The translations under genes and the position numbers were made by a program. A stretch of DNA of 64,000 bases from contig PMYK01000054.1 in assembly GCA_003171255.1 (NCBI GenBank), forward strand, positions 121,229 through 185,228, read 5' to 3'. Of the stretch, positions 1 to 10,163 are shown in pieces. Numbering within the stretch: the first letter of the stretch is position 1; each line of letters begins with the position of its first letter. Origin of the DNA: Chloroflexota bacterium. GTDB taxonomy: Bacteria; Chloroflexota; Limnocylindria; Limnocylindrales; CSP1-4. The notes under the pieces are model-generated. The model worked only from the letters and a program-made list of their open reading frames with translations, made no database searches and was not told where the DNA came from.

Positions 1-719
1 TCGAAGAGATCCTCTATCCGGCGATGGAGGACTACGCCCTGGACGTCATGATCGGCAAGGGGCCATCGGCGCGAAGCCTTCGCCTGAGCCTCAAGCCGTT
101 CACCATCGTCGGCGCCACGACTCGAGCGGGCCGCATCTCCAGCCCGTTGCGCGACCGCTTCGGCGCCACGTACCGGCTCGACTTCTACGACGTGGCGGAC
201 CTGACCGCGATCGTTGTGCGCTCCGCCCGTCTGCTCGGCGTGGAGCTGAGCTCGGATGGCGCCACCGCCATCGCCCAGCGGGGCCGCGGAACGCCGCGCG
301 TCGTGAACCGGCTGCTGCGCCGCGTCCGCGACTACGCCCAGATCAACGGCGACGGCCACGTGGATGCCGCCGTTGCCGCCAGGGCCTTGGCAGCGCTCGA
401 GATCGACGACGAGGGCCTCGACGGGACGGACCGCAAGCTGCTTGCCGCGATCGTCCAGAAGTTCGGCAGCGGACCGGTCGGCGTCCAGGCACTCGCCGCC
501 GTCCTCGCGGAGGAACCCGAAACCGTGGAGGACGTCTACGAGCCGTTCCTGCTGCGGCTCGGCTTCCTGGACCGCACGCCCCAGGGCCGAATTGCCACGG
601 ACCGCGCCCGAGCCCACCTCGCGCGCCTCGGCTTCGAGGTTCCTCCGGCACGCCGGGGCGACACGGACCAGGCGGCTTTGTGGAATGACTCGCCCGACAC
701 GGATCAACCGGTCCGGTGA
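1..719 (+). CDS. ruvB: Holliday junction helicase RuvB, C-terminal part (5' end lies outside the window)
   Basis: Translation has '[22 protein letters not shown]', '[17 protein letters not shown]' and '[17 protein letters not shown]', which match the RuvB AAA+ lid and winged-helix regions. The frame is open to position 1. Confidence 0.9.
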   Translation, partial: EEILYPAMEDYALDVMIGKGPSARSLRLSLKPFTIVGATTRAGRISSPLRDRFGATYRLDFYDVADLTAIVVRSARLLGVELSSDGATAIAQRGRGTPRVVNRLLRRVRDYAQINGDGHVDAAVAARALAALEIDDEGLDGTDRKLLAAIVQKFGSGPVGVQALAAVLAEEPETVEDVYEPFLLRLGFLDRTPQGRIATDRARAHLARLGFEVPPARRGDTDQAALWNDSPDTDQPVR

Positions 720-1918
720 TGCCCAGCGACCCACGAGGCGCCGCTACCGCGCGGGTGTCGCCCGCCCGTTTCGACGTCGAGGTGCCTCCGCCCGCGGATG
801 GCTCGACGCGGGCTCGAGTCGGCCGCCTGACGCTCCCTCACGGCGAGATCGAGACGCCCCAGTTCATGCCCGTCGGCACGAATGCCACGGTCAAGGCGCT
901 CGATCCGGACGACCTCCGGGCGGTCGGCGCCACGATCATCCTGTCGAACACCTACCACCTCTACCTGCGCCCCGGCCATGAGCGCATCGCCGCCCTGGGA
1001 GGCCTGCACAAGTTCATGGCCTGGGATCGGCCGATCCTGACCGACTCGGGCGGATTCCAGGTCGTGTCGCTGGGCGAGCTGCGCAAGATCGACGAGGACG
1101 GCGTCACCTTCCAGAGCCATCTCGACGGCTCGTACCACCACTTCACAGCCGAGCTTTCGATCGCGGTGCAGGAGGCGCTGGGCTCAGATATCGCCGTCGC
1201 GTTCGATCAGCCGGTGCCTCCCGCATCGACCAGCCTGGCGTCGGTCGCGGAAGCTACAGCTCGATCCAATCGTTGGGCGGCTCGATCGATGGCTGCGCAC
1301 ACGCGCCCCGATCAAGCCATCTTCGGGATCGTCCAGGGCGGCCTGGATCCCGAACTGCGGAGCGAGTCGACACGGGTCGTGGCCGGGCTGCCGTTCGACG
1401 GCATCTGTATCGGCGGCCTGGCGGGAGACGAGACGCCCGCTCAGCGCCTGGCGACACTGGACGTGGTGGTTGATCTGCTTCAGGCCGATCCGCGGCCGCG
1501 CTATCTGATGGGCCTCGGCTCGCCTCTGGACCTGCTCGACGCCGTCGACCACGGCATTGACCTGTTCGACTGCGTGCTGCCGGCTCGAGTCGCCAGAAAC
1601 GGCCAGCTATGGGTCCCCGGCGGACGGCTCAACTTGCGAAACGCCCAGTTCGTCGACGACCCGCGGCCCGTCCAGGACGGCTGCCGGTGCGTTCTCTGCC
1701 GGAACTTCTCGCGGGCATATCTGGCGCACCTCTTCCGGTCCGAGGAGCTGCTCGCGTACCGCCTCGCGACTTGTCACAACCTGACCTTCACCCTAGACTT
1801 CATGGCCGAAATCCGCTCCGCATTGCGCTCCGGCACGTTCGCCACGCGCCTGTCCGAGCTTCGAGCTGCGCGCGCAGCCGTCAAGGTCGCGTTGCATCGG
1901 CAGTGCAGTCGGAGTTAA
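716..1918 (+). CDS. tgt: tRNA-guanine transglycosylase (queuine tRNA-ribosyltransferase)
   Basis: 'TPQFMPVGT', 'ILSNTYHL', 'LTDSGGFQV' and the Zn site 'CRCVLC...H' are present. The start overlaps the ruvB stop (GTGATG). Confidence 0.9.
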   Translation: MMPSDPRGAATARVSPARFDVEVPPPADGSTRARVGRLTLPHGEIETPQFMPVGTNATVKALDPDDLRAVGATIILSNTYHLYLRPGHERIAALGGLHKFMAWDRPILTDSGGFQVVSLGELRKIDEDGVTFQSHLDGSYHHFTAELSIAVQEALGSDIAVAFDQPVPPASTSLASVAEATARSNRWAARSMAAHTRPDQAIFGIVQGGLDPELRSESTRVVAGLPFDGICIGGLAGDETPAQRLATLDVVVDLLQADPRPRYLMGLGSPLDLLDAVDHGIDLFDCVLPARVARNGQLWVPGGRLNLRNAQFVDDPRPVQDGCRCVLCRNFSRAYLAHLFRSEELLAYRLATCHNLTFTLDFMAEIRSALRSGTFATRLSELRAARAAVKVALHRQCSRS

Positions 1919-1957
1919 GAGGCGGCCAGTAGCCTGCAGCACACGGAGGCGCATCAG

Positions 1958-2110
1958 ATGGCCAGTCGAGACCGCCCCCACCGACAAGAGAAGAAGAAGC
2001 CCAAGGACGCGGCGGCAAAGACGAAGATCCAGCCTTTGCTGGAGCCGCCGACAAACGTCGAGGTCTGGAAGCCGAAGCGAAAGCCGAGGACCGAAGAGGC
2101 CGAGAGCTAA
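1958..2110 (+). CDS. small basic hypothetical protein (50 aa, MASRDRPHRQEKKKPKDAAAKTKIQPLLEPPTNVEVWKPKRKPRTEEAES)
   Basis: GGAGG lies at 1945-1949, 8 nt upstream of the ATG. Third codon positions are strongly G/C-biased. It fills the tgt-recA gap and falls below the 60-aa cutoff of the ORF track. Confidence 0.35.
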   Translation: MASRDRPHRQEKKKPKDAAAKTKIQPLLEPPTNVEVWKPKRKPRTEEAES

Positions 2111-2176
2111 CGCGCGGGCGGACGCCATCCGGCGACCGCGCCGCCCATCCCGGAGAGGACAGGAGCGAGGAGCAAG

Positions 2177-3244
2177 GTGGCGACGATCGAACGAGGGATT
2201 GAGGCCCGCGGCTCAAACGGGTCCGGCAACGACCGGACCAAGGCCGTCGAAGCGGCCATTCTGGCGATCGAGAAGCAGTTCGGGCGCGGCTCGATCATGC
2301 GTCTCGGCTCGTCCGAGCGTCAGGCAGTGGACTTCATCTCCACGGGTTCGATAGCGCTCGACCTTGCTCTCGGCATCGGCGGGATTCCACGCGGGCGGAT
2401 GACAGAGATCTTCGGGCCGGAGTCGTCCGGCAAGACCACGCTCTGCCAGCACATCCTCGCCGAAGCCCAGCGCAAGGGCGGCGTCGTCGCCTTCATCGAC
2501 GTGGAGCACGCCCTCGATCCGGGCTACGCTCGCGCCTGCGGGGTCAACGTCGACGACCTCCTGGTCAGCCAGCCTGACACGGGCGAAGACGCTCTCCAGA
2601 TCACCGAGACGCTGATCCGCTCCGGCGGTGTCGATTGCGTCGTCCTGGACTCAGTCGCTGCCCTCGTGCCGAAGGCCGAGATCGAAGGCGAGATGGGCGA
2701 CTCCTTCGTCGGCATCCAGGCTCGCTTGATGAGTCAGGCCCTGCGGAAACTCGCCGGCGCCGTCAGCCGGTCGAACACAGCGCTCGTCTTCACCAACCAG
2801 CTGCGCGAGAAGATCGGCGTCATGTTCGGCAACCCCGAGGTCACCCCGGGCGGCCGCGCCCTCAAGTTCTATGCCAGCGTTCGCCTGGACATCCGGCGCG
2901 TCGAGACGATCAAGACCGGCACCGAGTCGGTCGGTAACCGTGTCCGCGTCAAGGTCGTGAAGAACAAGGTCGCGCCGCCGTTCCGGGTGGCCGAGTTCGA
3001 CATCATGTTCGGCGAGGGCATCTCGCGTGAGGGCGGCCTTCTGGACGTAGGCGTGGCCATGGACATCGTCACCAAGACGGGCGCCTGGTTCACCTTCGGC
3101 GAGACTCGCCTTGGTCAGGGCCGCGAGGCCGCCAAGGACTTCCTCAAGTCCAACCCGGACCTCTCGGCCGAGATCGAGAAGCAGATACGAGGCAAGATGT
3201 CCGAGGTCTCGCTGCCGGTCGAAGGCATCGAAGAGGCCGAATAG
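2177..3244 (+). CDS. recA: recombinase RecA
   Basis: '[17 protein letters not shown]' (Walker A), '[10 protein letters not shown]' and 'VVLDSVAAL' are present, and the 355-aa length is typical. Confidence 0.95.
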   Translation: MATIERGIEARGSNGSGNDRTKAVEAAILAIEKQFGRGSIMRLGSSERQAVDFISTGSIALDLALGIGGIPRGRMTEIFGPESSGKTTLCQHILAEAQRKGGVVAFIDVEHALDPGYARACGVNVDDLLVSQPDTGEDALQITETLIRSGGVDCVVLDSVAALVPKAEIEGEMGDSFVGIQARLMSQALRKLAGAVSRSNTALVFTNQLREKIGVMFGNPEVTPGGRALKFYASVRLDIRRVETIKTGTESVGNRVRVKVVKNKVAPPFRVAEFDIMFGEGISREGGLLDVGVAMDIVTKTGAWFTFGETRLGQGREAAKDFLKSNPDLSAEIEKQIRGKMSEVSLPVEGIEEAE

Positions 3245-3257
3245 CCGGCAGCCGGCC

Positions 3258-3848
3258 ATGCCCCGCCGAACCGGCACCGAGCGGTTGGAGGCTCGACAGG
3301 CGCGCCTCGAGAGCCACGCCGCCGAGACCGACCCAGGTGTCGTCCTCAACGCCGCCGCGCGCTTCCTCGAGCAGCGGTCGCGCTCGATCGATGAAGTGCG
3401 GCGCCACCTGAACGCGGCGCGATACCCGGCTGAACTCGTGGATGCGGCCGTGGGGCGGTTGGTCGATCTCGGGATGCTCGACGATCGGGCGTTCGCGCAG
3501 GCCTGGGTGGAGTCGCGAGACCGAGCCCGGCCCCGCGGCACACTGGCTCTGCGGCGAGAGCTGGCCCTCAAGGGCATCGACCGTGAGACCGTGGCGGCCG
3601 TTTTGACCGACCGTGTCGAGGCGGCCGCGAACGCCGACGATGATGCGGACTCGGCTGGCCGTGGCGCCGACCAGCTGGCCGCCGAGCGTCTGCTCCGCAG
3701 GAGCCGCTCCGCGCTGTTGCGCGTGGTCGATGCGCGCGTCCGGCGCCAGCGCGCCTATGCGCTGCTGGCTCGCAACGGCTTCGATCCCGAGGTTTGTCGC
3801 GAGGTCAGCGCGCGTCTGGTTGCCGAGGACGACAACCTCGACGACTGA
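3258..3848 (+). CDS. recX: RecA regulator RecX
   Basis: It sits immediately downstream of recA. The product is Arg/Ala-rich and helical-repeat-like ('RSRSIDEVRRHLNAARYPAELVDAAVGRLVDLGMLDDRAFAQAWV'). Start taken at the first ATG after the recA stop; the longer 3111 start overlaps recA. Confidence 0.8.
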   Translation: MPRRTGTERLEARQARLESHAAETDPGVVLNAAARFLEQRSRSIDEVRRHLNAARYPAELVDAAVGRLVDLGMLDDRAFAQAWVESRDRARPRGTLALRRELALKGIDRETVAAVLTDRVEAAANADDDADSAGRGADQLAAERLLRRSRSALLRVVDARVRRQRAYALLARNGFDPEVCREVSARLVAEDDNLDD

Positions 3849-3876
3849 TTGTCCGCCTGCCGTTCGGATGGTGGAA

Positions 3877-3902
3877 CGCCGCGCCGGAACTTCGGCGCGG
3901 CT
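3877..3902 (+). terminator. GC-rich hairpin after recX (possible terminator)
   Basis: cgccgcgccg-gaactt-cggcgcggc forms a 9-10 bp perfect stem followed only by 'tt', so there is no long U tract. Confidence 0.35.
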
Positions 3903-4116
3903 TAGCCGGATTCGTCGCGGCGCCGTAGACTACGCGGCGAGACGAACAACGTGTCGCTGCCAGTTGAATGGCGGCGGCGCCACTCGAATCAAACGACAAA
4001 AGCGCCTTCACTCGGCCGTGCTCGGGGAGCGGGCACGACACCGGGGTGTGGAGCGCTCCGACTAGCATCGACATTCGCCCGATCGCATCATTCGATCGGG
4101 TGGGAGGCAAGTTCAT

Positions 4117-5646
4117 ATGGATACCGCCATTGTGGTGGCTGCCGCCGTTGTGGCCGCCTTCGCGGGTCTCTGTATCGGCTTCCTTGGCCGCGGCTGGGTT
4201 GCCAATCAGGCGCTTCAGAGCGCGCAGGACAAGGCCGCTCGGATCGTGGCCGAGGCACGGACTCAGCAGAAAGAGCTGATCCTCACCGCCAAGGACGAGA
4301 AGCTGAAGCTCCAGCGCGAGGCCGAAGATGAGGCCCGCGCCAAACGCGCAGAGTTGTCGACCCTCGAGAGCCGGCTGTTGTCCCGTGACGAGCAACTCGA
4401 CATGCGCGCCGACATGCTCGAGCAGCGCGACCGCAAGTTGCTCGATCGCGAGCGCGAGTTCGAGCAGAGTCGGCAGGAATTGGCCCAAGCCCAGCAGGAG
4501 CATGTGGACGCCCTCGAGCGGGTCAGCGGCATGTCGGCCGCGGAAGCCAAGGCGCAGCTGCTCGAGGCCGTCCGAGAAGAGGCCGAGCGCGACGCCGTCA
4601 AACTTACGAAGTCGATCGAGCGCGAGGCGCGCGAGGAGGCCGACGAGCGGGCCCGCGAGATCATCATCACTACCATGCAGCGGATCGCCGCCGATCACAC
4701 CGCCGAGCACACGGTCTCCACCGTGCACCTGCCCAACGATGAGATGAAGGGCCGCATCATCGGCCGCGAGGGTCGCAACATCCGGGCCCTCGAACAGGCC
4801 ACGGGCGTGGACCTGATCATCGACGACACCCCCGAAACGGTCGTGATCAGCGCCTTCGACCCGGTCCGCCGCGAGATCGCCCGCGTGGCCCTGACCAAGT
4901 TGATGGCCGATGGCCGGATCCATCCGGGCCGCATCGAAGAAGTGGTAGCGAAGGCCCGCGCCGAACTCGATCTGGTCATGCGACAGGCCGGCGAGCAGGC
5001 TGTCTACGACGCGGGCGTTCCCGCCCTGCCGACGGAGATCGTCAAGCTGCTCGGCCGGCTCAAGTTCCGGACCAGCTACGGCCAGAACGTCCTGGTCCAC
5101 TCCGTCGAGACGAGCCGGCTGGCGGCGATCATCGCGTCCGAGCTCGGCGCCGACGTCCAGGCGGCGAAAGTTGGCGGCCTATTGCACGACCTCGGCAAGG
5201 CGGTCGACCACGAGGTTGAGGGCCCGCACGCCCAGATCGGCGCTCAGATCGCGCAGCGCCACAACCTCTCGCCGAAGGTGGTGAACGCGATCGCCGCCCA
5301 CCACCAGGAAGTCGACTTCGCCTCGCAGGAGGCCCCGATCGTCCAGGTCGCGGACGCCATCAGCGCGTCGCGACCCGGAGCGCGCGGCGAATCGATGGAG
5401 ACATACGTCCGCAGGCTCGAGGATCTCCAGGCCATCGCCGAAAGCTTCGATGGCGTCGAGCGAAGCTTCGCCGTCCAGGCCGGCCGAGAGGTTCGAGTTC
5501 TGGTCAAGCCGGAGCAGATCGACGACGTGAGCGCAACCCGGCTGGCTCGCGACGTCGTCAAGAAGATCGAGGCCAGTCTTACCTACCCGGGCCAGATCAA
5601 GGTGACGGTCATCCGCGAGACGCGAGCCGTCGAATACGCCAAGTAG
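4117..5646 (+). CDS. rny: ribonuclease Y
   Basis: It has an N-terminal TM segment, a coiled-coil, a KH domain ('GRIIGREGRNIRALE') and an HD domain ('HSVETS...LLHDLGKA'). GGGAGG lies upstream of the ATG. Confidence 0.9.
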   Translation: MDTAIVVAAAVVAAFAGLCIGFLGRGWVANQALQSAQDKAARIVAEARTQQKELILTAKDEKLKLQREAEDEARAKRAELSTLESRLLSRDEQLDMRADMLEQRDRKLLDREREFEQSRQELAQAQQEHVDALERVSGMSAAEAKAQLLEAVREEAERDAVKLTKSIEREAREEADERAREIIITTMQRIAADHTAEHTVSTVHLPNDEMKGRIIGREGRNIRALEQATGVDLIIDDTPETVVISAFDPVRREIARVALTKLMADGRIHPGRIEEVVAKARAELDLVMRQAGEQAVYDAGVPALPTEIVKLLGRLKFRTSYGQNVLVHSVETSRLAAIIASELGADVQAAKVGGLLHDLGKAVDHEVEGPHAQIGAQIAQRHNLSPKVVNAIAAHHQEVDFASQEAPIVQVADAISASRPGARGESMETYVRRLEDLQAIAESFDGVERSFAVQAGREVRVLVKPEQIDDVSATRLARDVVKKIEASLTYPGQIKVTVIRETRAVEYAK

Positions 5647-5653
5647 GCTGACG

Positions 5654-6505
5654 GTGGCATCGACGGCAGTCGCACCAGGATCGCTCGGCGCGGCGGGGTC
5701 GGCCCGCCGGGTCTGCCGCATCCTGATGATCGGCGACTTGATCGGCAAGCCCGGACGCCTCGCCGTCGAGACGCTCTTGCCCGACCTTCGACGAGAACGC
5801 GACATCGCCTTCGTGACGGCCAACGGCGAGAACGTCGCCGGCGGCATGGGCCTGACCGCCTCAACCGCGGAGGCGATGTTCCGGGCCGGCGTTGACGTCA
5901 TCACCTCGGGCAACCACATCTGGGACAAGCGCGAGATGTACGAGATCCTCGAGCACGAGGAGCGGATCCTGCGCCCCCTCAACTACGGCACCGACGGCGT
6001 TCCGGGGCGTGGCTGGGGCGTGTTCCATGCCGAGGACGGCACCGAGCTGGCGGTTCTCTGCTTCCAGGGCCGCACTTACATGACCCCAATCGAGAACCCC
6101 TTCACCGAGTTCGACCGGCTCGTAGACCAGGCCTCAGAGCCGCTGCCGCGGGTGCGTGTCGTCGACTTCCATTGCGAGCTGACGAGCGAGAAGAACGCCT
6201 TTGGCATCTACCTCGACGGCCGGGTCAGCGCCGTGGTCGGCACACACACTCACGTCCCCACCGCCGACGAGCGGATCATGCCGAAGGGCACGGCCTACCA
6301 GTCGGACCTGGGCATGGTTGGGCCGGTCCACAGCGTCATAGGCTTCGACCCGGCCACGGTCATACCGCGCTTCATCAACGGGCTGCCGACGCGGTTCGAG
6401 GTAGGGACGGGTCCGGTCGTGTTCAACGCCTGTCTGATCGACGTCGATCCGGCCACCGGCCGGGCGGTCGCGGTGGAACGCATCCAGCGGGTCGTCGAGG
6501 TCTGA
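5654..6505 (+). CDS. ymdB: YmdB-like metallophosphoesterase (TIGR00282 type)
   Basis: 'ILMIGDLIGKPGR', 'VTANGENVAGGMGL', 'ITSGNHIWDK' and 'VDFHCELTSEK' are present, and rny-ymdB synteny is conserved. The start is uncertain (GTG 5654 or the internal ATG before 'MIGD'). Confidence 0.8.
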   Translation: MASTAVAPGSLGAAGSARRVCRILMIGDLIGKPGRLAVETLLPDLRRERDIAFVTANGENVAGGMGLTASTAEAMFRAGVDVITSGNHIWDKREMYEILEHEERILRPLNYGTDGVPGRGWGVFHAEDGTELAVLCFQGRTYMTPIENPFTEFDRLVDQASEPLPRVRVVDFHCELTSEKNAFGIYLDGRVSAVVGTHTHVPTADERIMPKGTAYQSDLGMVGPVHSVIGFDPATVIPRFINGLPTRFEVGTGPVVFNACLIDVDPATGRAVAVERIQRVVEV

Positions 6506-6506
6506 C

Positions 6507-7478
6507 ATGGCGGAGGATCCGAGCGGCGGCCCGGTCCGTTTCCAGAACCGTGGCAGTCGGCCGATGAGCGGGCCGCCGGTCGTCCCAAGATACCCCTCGC
6601 GCGTAGATCTCCACACCCACAGCCGGCGCTCCGATGGCGTCCTCGAGCCCCAGGCTCTGGTCGACGCCGCCGCGGCCGTCGGAGTCCGGGTTCTGGCCCT
6701 GGCCGACCACGACACCCTGGCGGGCGTTCGAGAGCTTCGGGCTCCGGGACAGGCCGAGTTGCTCCTGGAGCTCGTGGCTGGCGTGGAGATCAACAGCGTC
6801 GCATCGGGCATCGATCGACTCTGGGAGGGCGAGTTGCACATCCTCGGCCTCGGCGTCGATCTGGATGACGAGGCCTTCGAGGCTGCCCTGGACCGCCAGC
6901 GCGAGTCGCGCTCGATCCGGTTCGGGATGATCGTGGCGCGTCTGCGCGAGCTCGGCCTTCCCGTTGACGAGGGCGCCGCCGTCATGCGCAACTCGCCGGG
7001 CTCCTCGCTCGGCCGCCCTCAGATTGCCCGCCTCCTCGTTGCCGCCGGTCACGCGTCATCCGTCGACGCCGCGATGCAGACGTTGCTCGCCCGGGGCAAG
7101 CCCGCCTACGTCCCGCGATACGGCCTCGGACCGCGGGAAGCGATCGACGCCATTCGCGCCGCGGGTGGGTTGCCGGTCCTGGCCCATTTCGCCGACGGAC
7201 CGTCGCGGCGGGCACTGGTGGCCGAGCTTGCGTCGCAGGGACTACGCGGCCTGGAAGTCCACTACCGTCACTTCGATGCGCAGACCGTGGCCGACATGGC
7301 CGCCCTGGCAACGGACCTGCGCCTCGTGCCGACCGGCGGGAGCGACTACCACGGCGACGTCGAAACCTACGCGGAGGCCCACGCCTCATTGTTCGTGCCG
7401 GACGAGGATGCCGAGGCCATGTACGCCGCGCTCGGCCGCCAGCCGGTCGAGCCCGCGGTTGGCGGCGCGAGCAGCTGA
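6507..7478 (+). CDS. PHP-domain phosphoesterase (TrpH/YciV-like)
   Basis: 'VDLHTHSRRSDG', 'LALADHDT', 'GVEIN', 'LAHF' and 'GGSDYHG' form the PHP metal-binding motif series. Confidence 0.75.
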   Translation: MAEDPSGGPVRFQNRGSRPMSGPPVVPRYPSRVDLHTHSRRSDGVLEPQALVDAAAAVGVRVLALADHDTLAGVRELRAPGQAELLLELVAGVEINSVASGIDRLWEGELHILGLGVDLDDEAFEAALDRQRESRSIRFGMIVARLRELGLPVDEGAAVMRNSPGSSLGRPQIARLLVAAGHASSVDAAMQTLLARGKPAYVPRYGLGPREAIDAIRAAGGLPVLAHFADGPSRRALVAELASQGLRGLEVHYRHFDAQTVADMAALATDLRLVPTGGSDYHGDVETYAEAHASLFVPDEDAEAMYAALGRQPVEPAVGGASS

Positions 7479-9175
7479 TGAGCGGCCGAACGGTGACGGA
7501 GCTAGCCGCCTCGCTCACGGCCCTGCCGCGTGCCGGCAACGTGGCCGCCGCGCCCGCCGTCGAAGCCGGTCTGATCGAGTTCCGACCGGAGACGAACAGC
7601 CTGCCGAGCTTCTTCATGTGGACCCTCGGCTGCCAGATGAACCTGAGCGACTCCGAGGAGATGGCCGGCCAGCTGCTCGCCGCAGGCTGCCGGCGTGCCC
7701 CGTCCATGGAAGACGCCGACCTCGTCGTCATCAATACCTGCGCGGTCCGCGAGCATGCCGAGGCAAAGGTCATCGGCCGCCAGGGGCTGCTCGGCCAACT
7801 CAAACGAGCCCGGCCCGGAATGCGCGTCGTCCTGACCGGCTGCGGCGTCCGCGAAGCCGAGCGGGCCGGCCTGGCACGCCGGTTCCGAGCGGTCGACATG
7901 TTCCTCCGTCCCGACGAGGAGCCCGAGCTCGCGCTTCGGCTTGGCCTCGTGTCCGCCCAGGCGCCGATCGGACTGCGGACCGTCTCCACGGCTGCCACTA
8001 CCGTGCTGAGCGGCCGGCCGGTCAGCGCAGCCGACCGACTGGCCGCCTCGCGCGCCAGCGCCCTGGCCGAGCACCGCGTCGCCCGGTCGTCGAGGATCTC
8101 CGCCTGGCTGCCCATCGTCTATGGCTGCGACAAGACCTGCACCTACTGCATCGTTCCTTTCAGCCGCGGCCCGGAGCGGAGCCGGCCCTTCGACGACATC
8201 CTGGCCGAGGCCCGAGAGATCGCCGCGGCCGGATACCAGGAATTGACGCTTCTCGGCCAGAACGTCAACAGCTACGGCCACGACCTACCGGCGGAGGAGC
8301 GCTTTGGCCACATCGACACCGAACGCTCGGCCGGACGACAGCTCGACCTGCGTTCGCGTCCCGACCTGGCGGAGCTGCTGTGCGCCATCGACAGCATTCG
8401 CGACGCCGACGGGGCGCCCGCCATTCCGCGCCTGCGCTTCATAACCTCGCATCCATGGGACCTGTCGGACCGGCTGATCGATGCCATGGCGACATGTGAG
8501 TCGGTGGCCGAGCATCTCCACCTGCCGATCCAATCGGGCGACGACGCGATGCTCCAGCGCATGGGGCGCCAGTACACGGTGGGTCACTACAAGGAGCGCC
8601 TGGCCCGCATTCGAGATGCCGTGCCGGGCATCGCCGTTTCGACGGACGTCATCGTCGGCTTCTGCGGCGAGACCGACGAGCAGTTCGGCGCCACCCTCGC
8701 GGCCCTCGACGAGATCCGGTTCGACACCGTGTTCGCGGCCGCCTACTCGCCGCGCCCGGGAACGCCGGCCCTGCACATGGCCGACGACGTTCCCGCCGAG
8801 GAGAAGCGCCGCCGGCTCAACGAGCTACTCCGGCGTCAGGAGGTCATCGGCGCGGAGCGCAACCGCGAGTGGCTCGGCCGCGATGTCGAGGTCCTGGTCG
8901 AGCAGGTCACCCCGCCCCGCCGGCGCCTGCAGCCAAACGACGCGGACGCCGACGACACGGACGAACCGGTCTCGGCCGTTCCGCCGCTGGCCGGCACGGC
9001 GGGGGAGGGGAGCGTTGCCCTGGCCGGCCGGACGCGCCACAACAAGCTCGTCCATCTGGCCGGCGACCCTGCGCTGGTCGGTCACAGGGTCAGGGTTCAC
9101 CTCGAATACGCCGGTCCGTTCGCTCTCCGCGGCCGACTGGTGGAGGCGCCCGATGAGCCCGATGTCCTCGCCTGA
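7478..9175 (+). CDS. miaB: tRNA-i6A37 methylthiotransferase MiaB
   Basis: It has the UPF0004 N-domain 'FFMWTLGCQMNLSDSE', the radical-SAM motif 'YGCDKTCTYCIVP' and a C-terminal TRAM region. The start overlaps the upstream stop (ATGA). Confidence 0.9.
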   Translation: MSGRTVTELAASLTALPRAGNVAAAPAVEAGLIEFRPETNSLPSFFMWTLGCQMNLSDSEEMAGQLLAAGCRRAPSMEDADLVVINTCAVREHAEAKVIGRQGLLGQLKRARPGMRVVLTGCGVREAERAGLARRFRAVDMFLRPDEEPELALRLGLVSAQAPIGLRTVSTAATTVLSGRPVSAADRLAASRASALAEHRVARSSRISAWLPIVYGCDKTCTYCIVPFSRGPERSRPFDDILAEAREIAAAGYQELTLLGQNVNSYGHDLPAEERFGHIDTERSAGRQLDLRSRPDLAELLCAIDSIRDADGAPAIPRLRFITSHPWDLSDRLIDAMATCESVAEHLHLPIQSGDDAMLQRMGRQYTVGHYKERLARIRDAVPGIAVSTDVIVGFCGETDEQFGATLAALDEIRFDTVFAAAYSPRPGTPALHMADDVPAEEKRRRLNELLRRQEVIGAERNREWLGRDVEVLVEQVTPPRRRLQPNDADADDTDEPVSAVPPLAGTAGEGSVALAGRTRHNKLVHLAGDPALVGHRVRVHLEYAGPFALRGRLVEAPDEPDVLA

Positions 9176-10103
9176 CGCTCTGCCACCGCTTGTCGTCCTG
9201 GCCGGCGCCACGGCCACGGGCAAGACGCCCCTGGCCATCGCCCTGGCAGAGGGCTTGGCCTCGAGCGGCATCACCGCCGAGATCATCTCCGCCGACTCGC
9301 GCCAGGTGTACCGCGGCATGGACATCGGCACGGCCAAGGCCACGGCCGCGGAGCGGGCCCGCATCCCACACCACTGCCTGGATCTCGTGGACCCCGACCA
9401 GCCGTTCAGCGTGGCGGACTTCTCGGCCTGCGCCGCGGCGGCCCTGGCCGGGATCGCCGAGCGTGGCGCCATCGCGATCCTCGCCGGCGGCACGGGCTTC
9501 TACCTGCGAGCCGTCGCGCGCGGTCTGGCGGTCGACGAGCTGCCCTGGGACGCCGAAGTACGTGCGGCAGTGGAGGCGTCGCTCGTCGCCGAGGGGCTGC
9601 CGGCGCTCGTCGCCGAGCTGCGCCGCATCGCCCCGTCGCGCGCCGCCACCATCGATCTGCGCAATCCCCGCCGCGTCGTCCGGGCCGTGGAGATCGCACG
9701 GCTCCGCGGAGACGCGCCACTCCCCGAGCCACGGGGCTACGGTCGGCCCGTTCTGTGGCTCGGCCTGACGGTAGAGCCGCCGGTCCTGCGCGAGCGCATC
9801 CGGGCCCGCGCCCGAGGCCAGTTCGACGCCGGTCTCGTCGAGGAGACGCGCGCCCTCGCCGCGCGCTACGACCCGACCCTGCCCAGCTTCTCCGGGATCG
9901 GCTACGCCGAATCCCTGGCGGTCATCGCCGGCCGTCTGGACATCGCGGAGGCCATCGCCGAGGATGCTCGTCGCAACGCCCTCTTCGCCCGCCGCCAGGC
10001 CACGTGGTTCCGCCGCGAGCCCGACGTCGGCTGGCTGGACGCGACCATGCAACTCCCGATTGGCGAGGCCCTGACTGCCACGCTGAACTACATCGCCAAG
10101 TAG
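9153..10103 (+). CDS. miaA: tRNA dimethylallyltransferase MiaA
   Basis: 'VVLAGATATGKTPLAIALA', 'IISADSRQVYRGMDIGTAK' and 'HHCLD' are present. GGAGG at 9142-9146 precedes the ATG at 9153. The ORF-track start at 8481 is an out-of-frame shadow inside miaB. Confidence 0.85.
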   Translation: MSPMSSPDALPPLVVLAGATATGKTPLAIALAEGLASSGITAEIISADSRQVYRGMDIGTAKATAAERARIPHHCLDLVDPDQPFSVADFSACAAAALAGIAERGAIAILAGGTGFYLRAVARGLAVDELPWDAEVRAAVEASLVAEGLPALVAELRRIAPSRAATIDLRNPRRVVRAVEIARLRGDAPLPEPRGYGRPVLWLGLTVEPPVLRERIRARARGQFDAGLVEETRALAARYDPTLPSFSGIGYAESLAVIAGRLDIAEAIAEDARRNALFARRQATWFRREPDVGWLDATMQLPIGEALTATLNYIAK

Positions 10104-10163
10104 GGCACGATCCGGGCCATGTCTGCCGAGTCCGGATCGGCAGTTCGGCTATCCTGAGCCGCT

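Noticed and set aside
2111-2176. Search for an SOS (LexA) operator upstream of recA.
   Set aside because: I could not see a palindrome of the TCGAAC-N4-GTTCGA, CGAAC-N4-GTTCG or AGAAC-N4-GTTCT types in the 66-nt gap. Regulation may lie upstream of the small ORF or use an unknown motif.}
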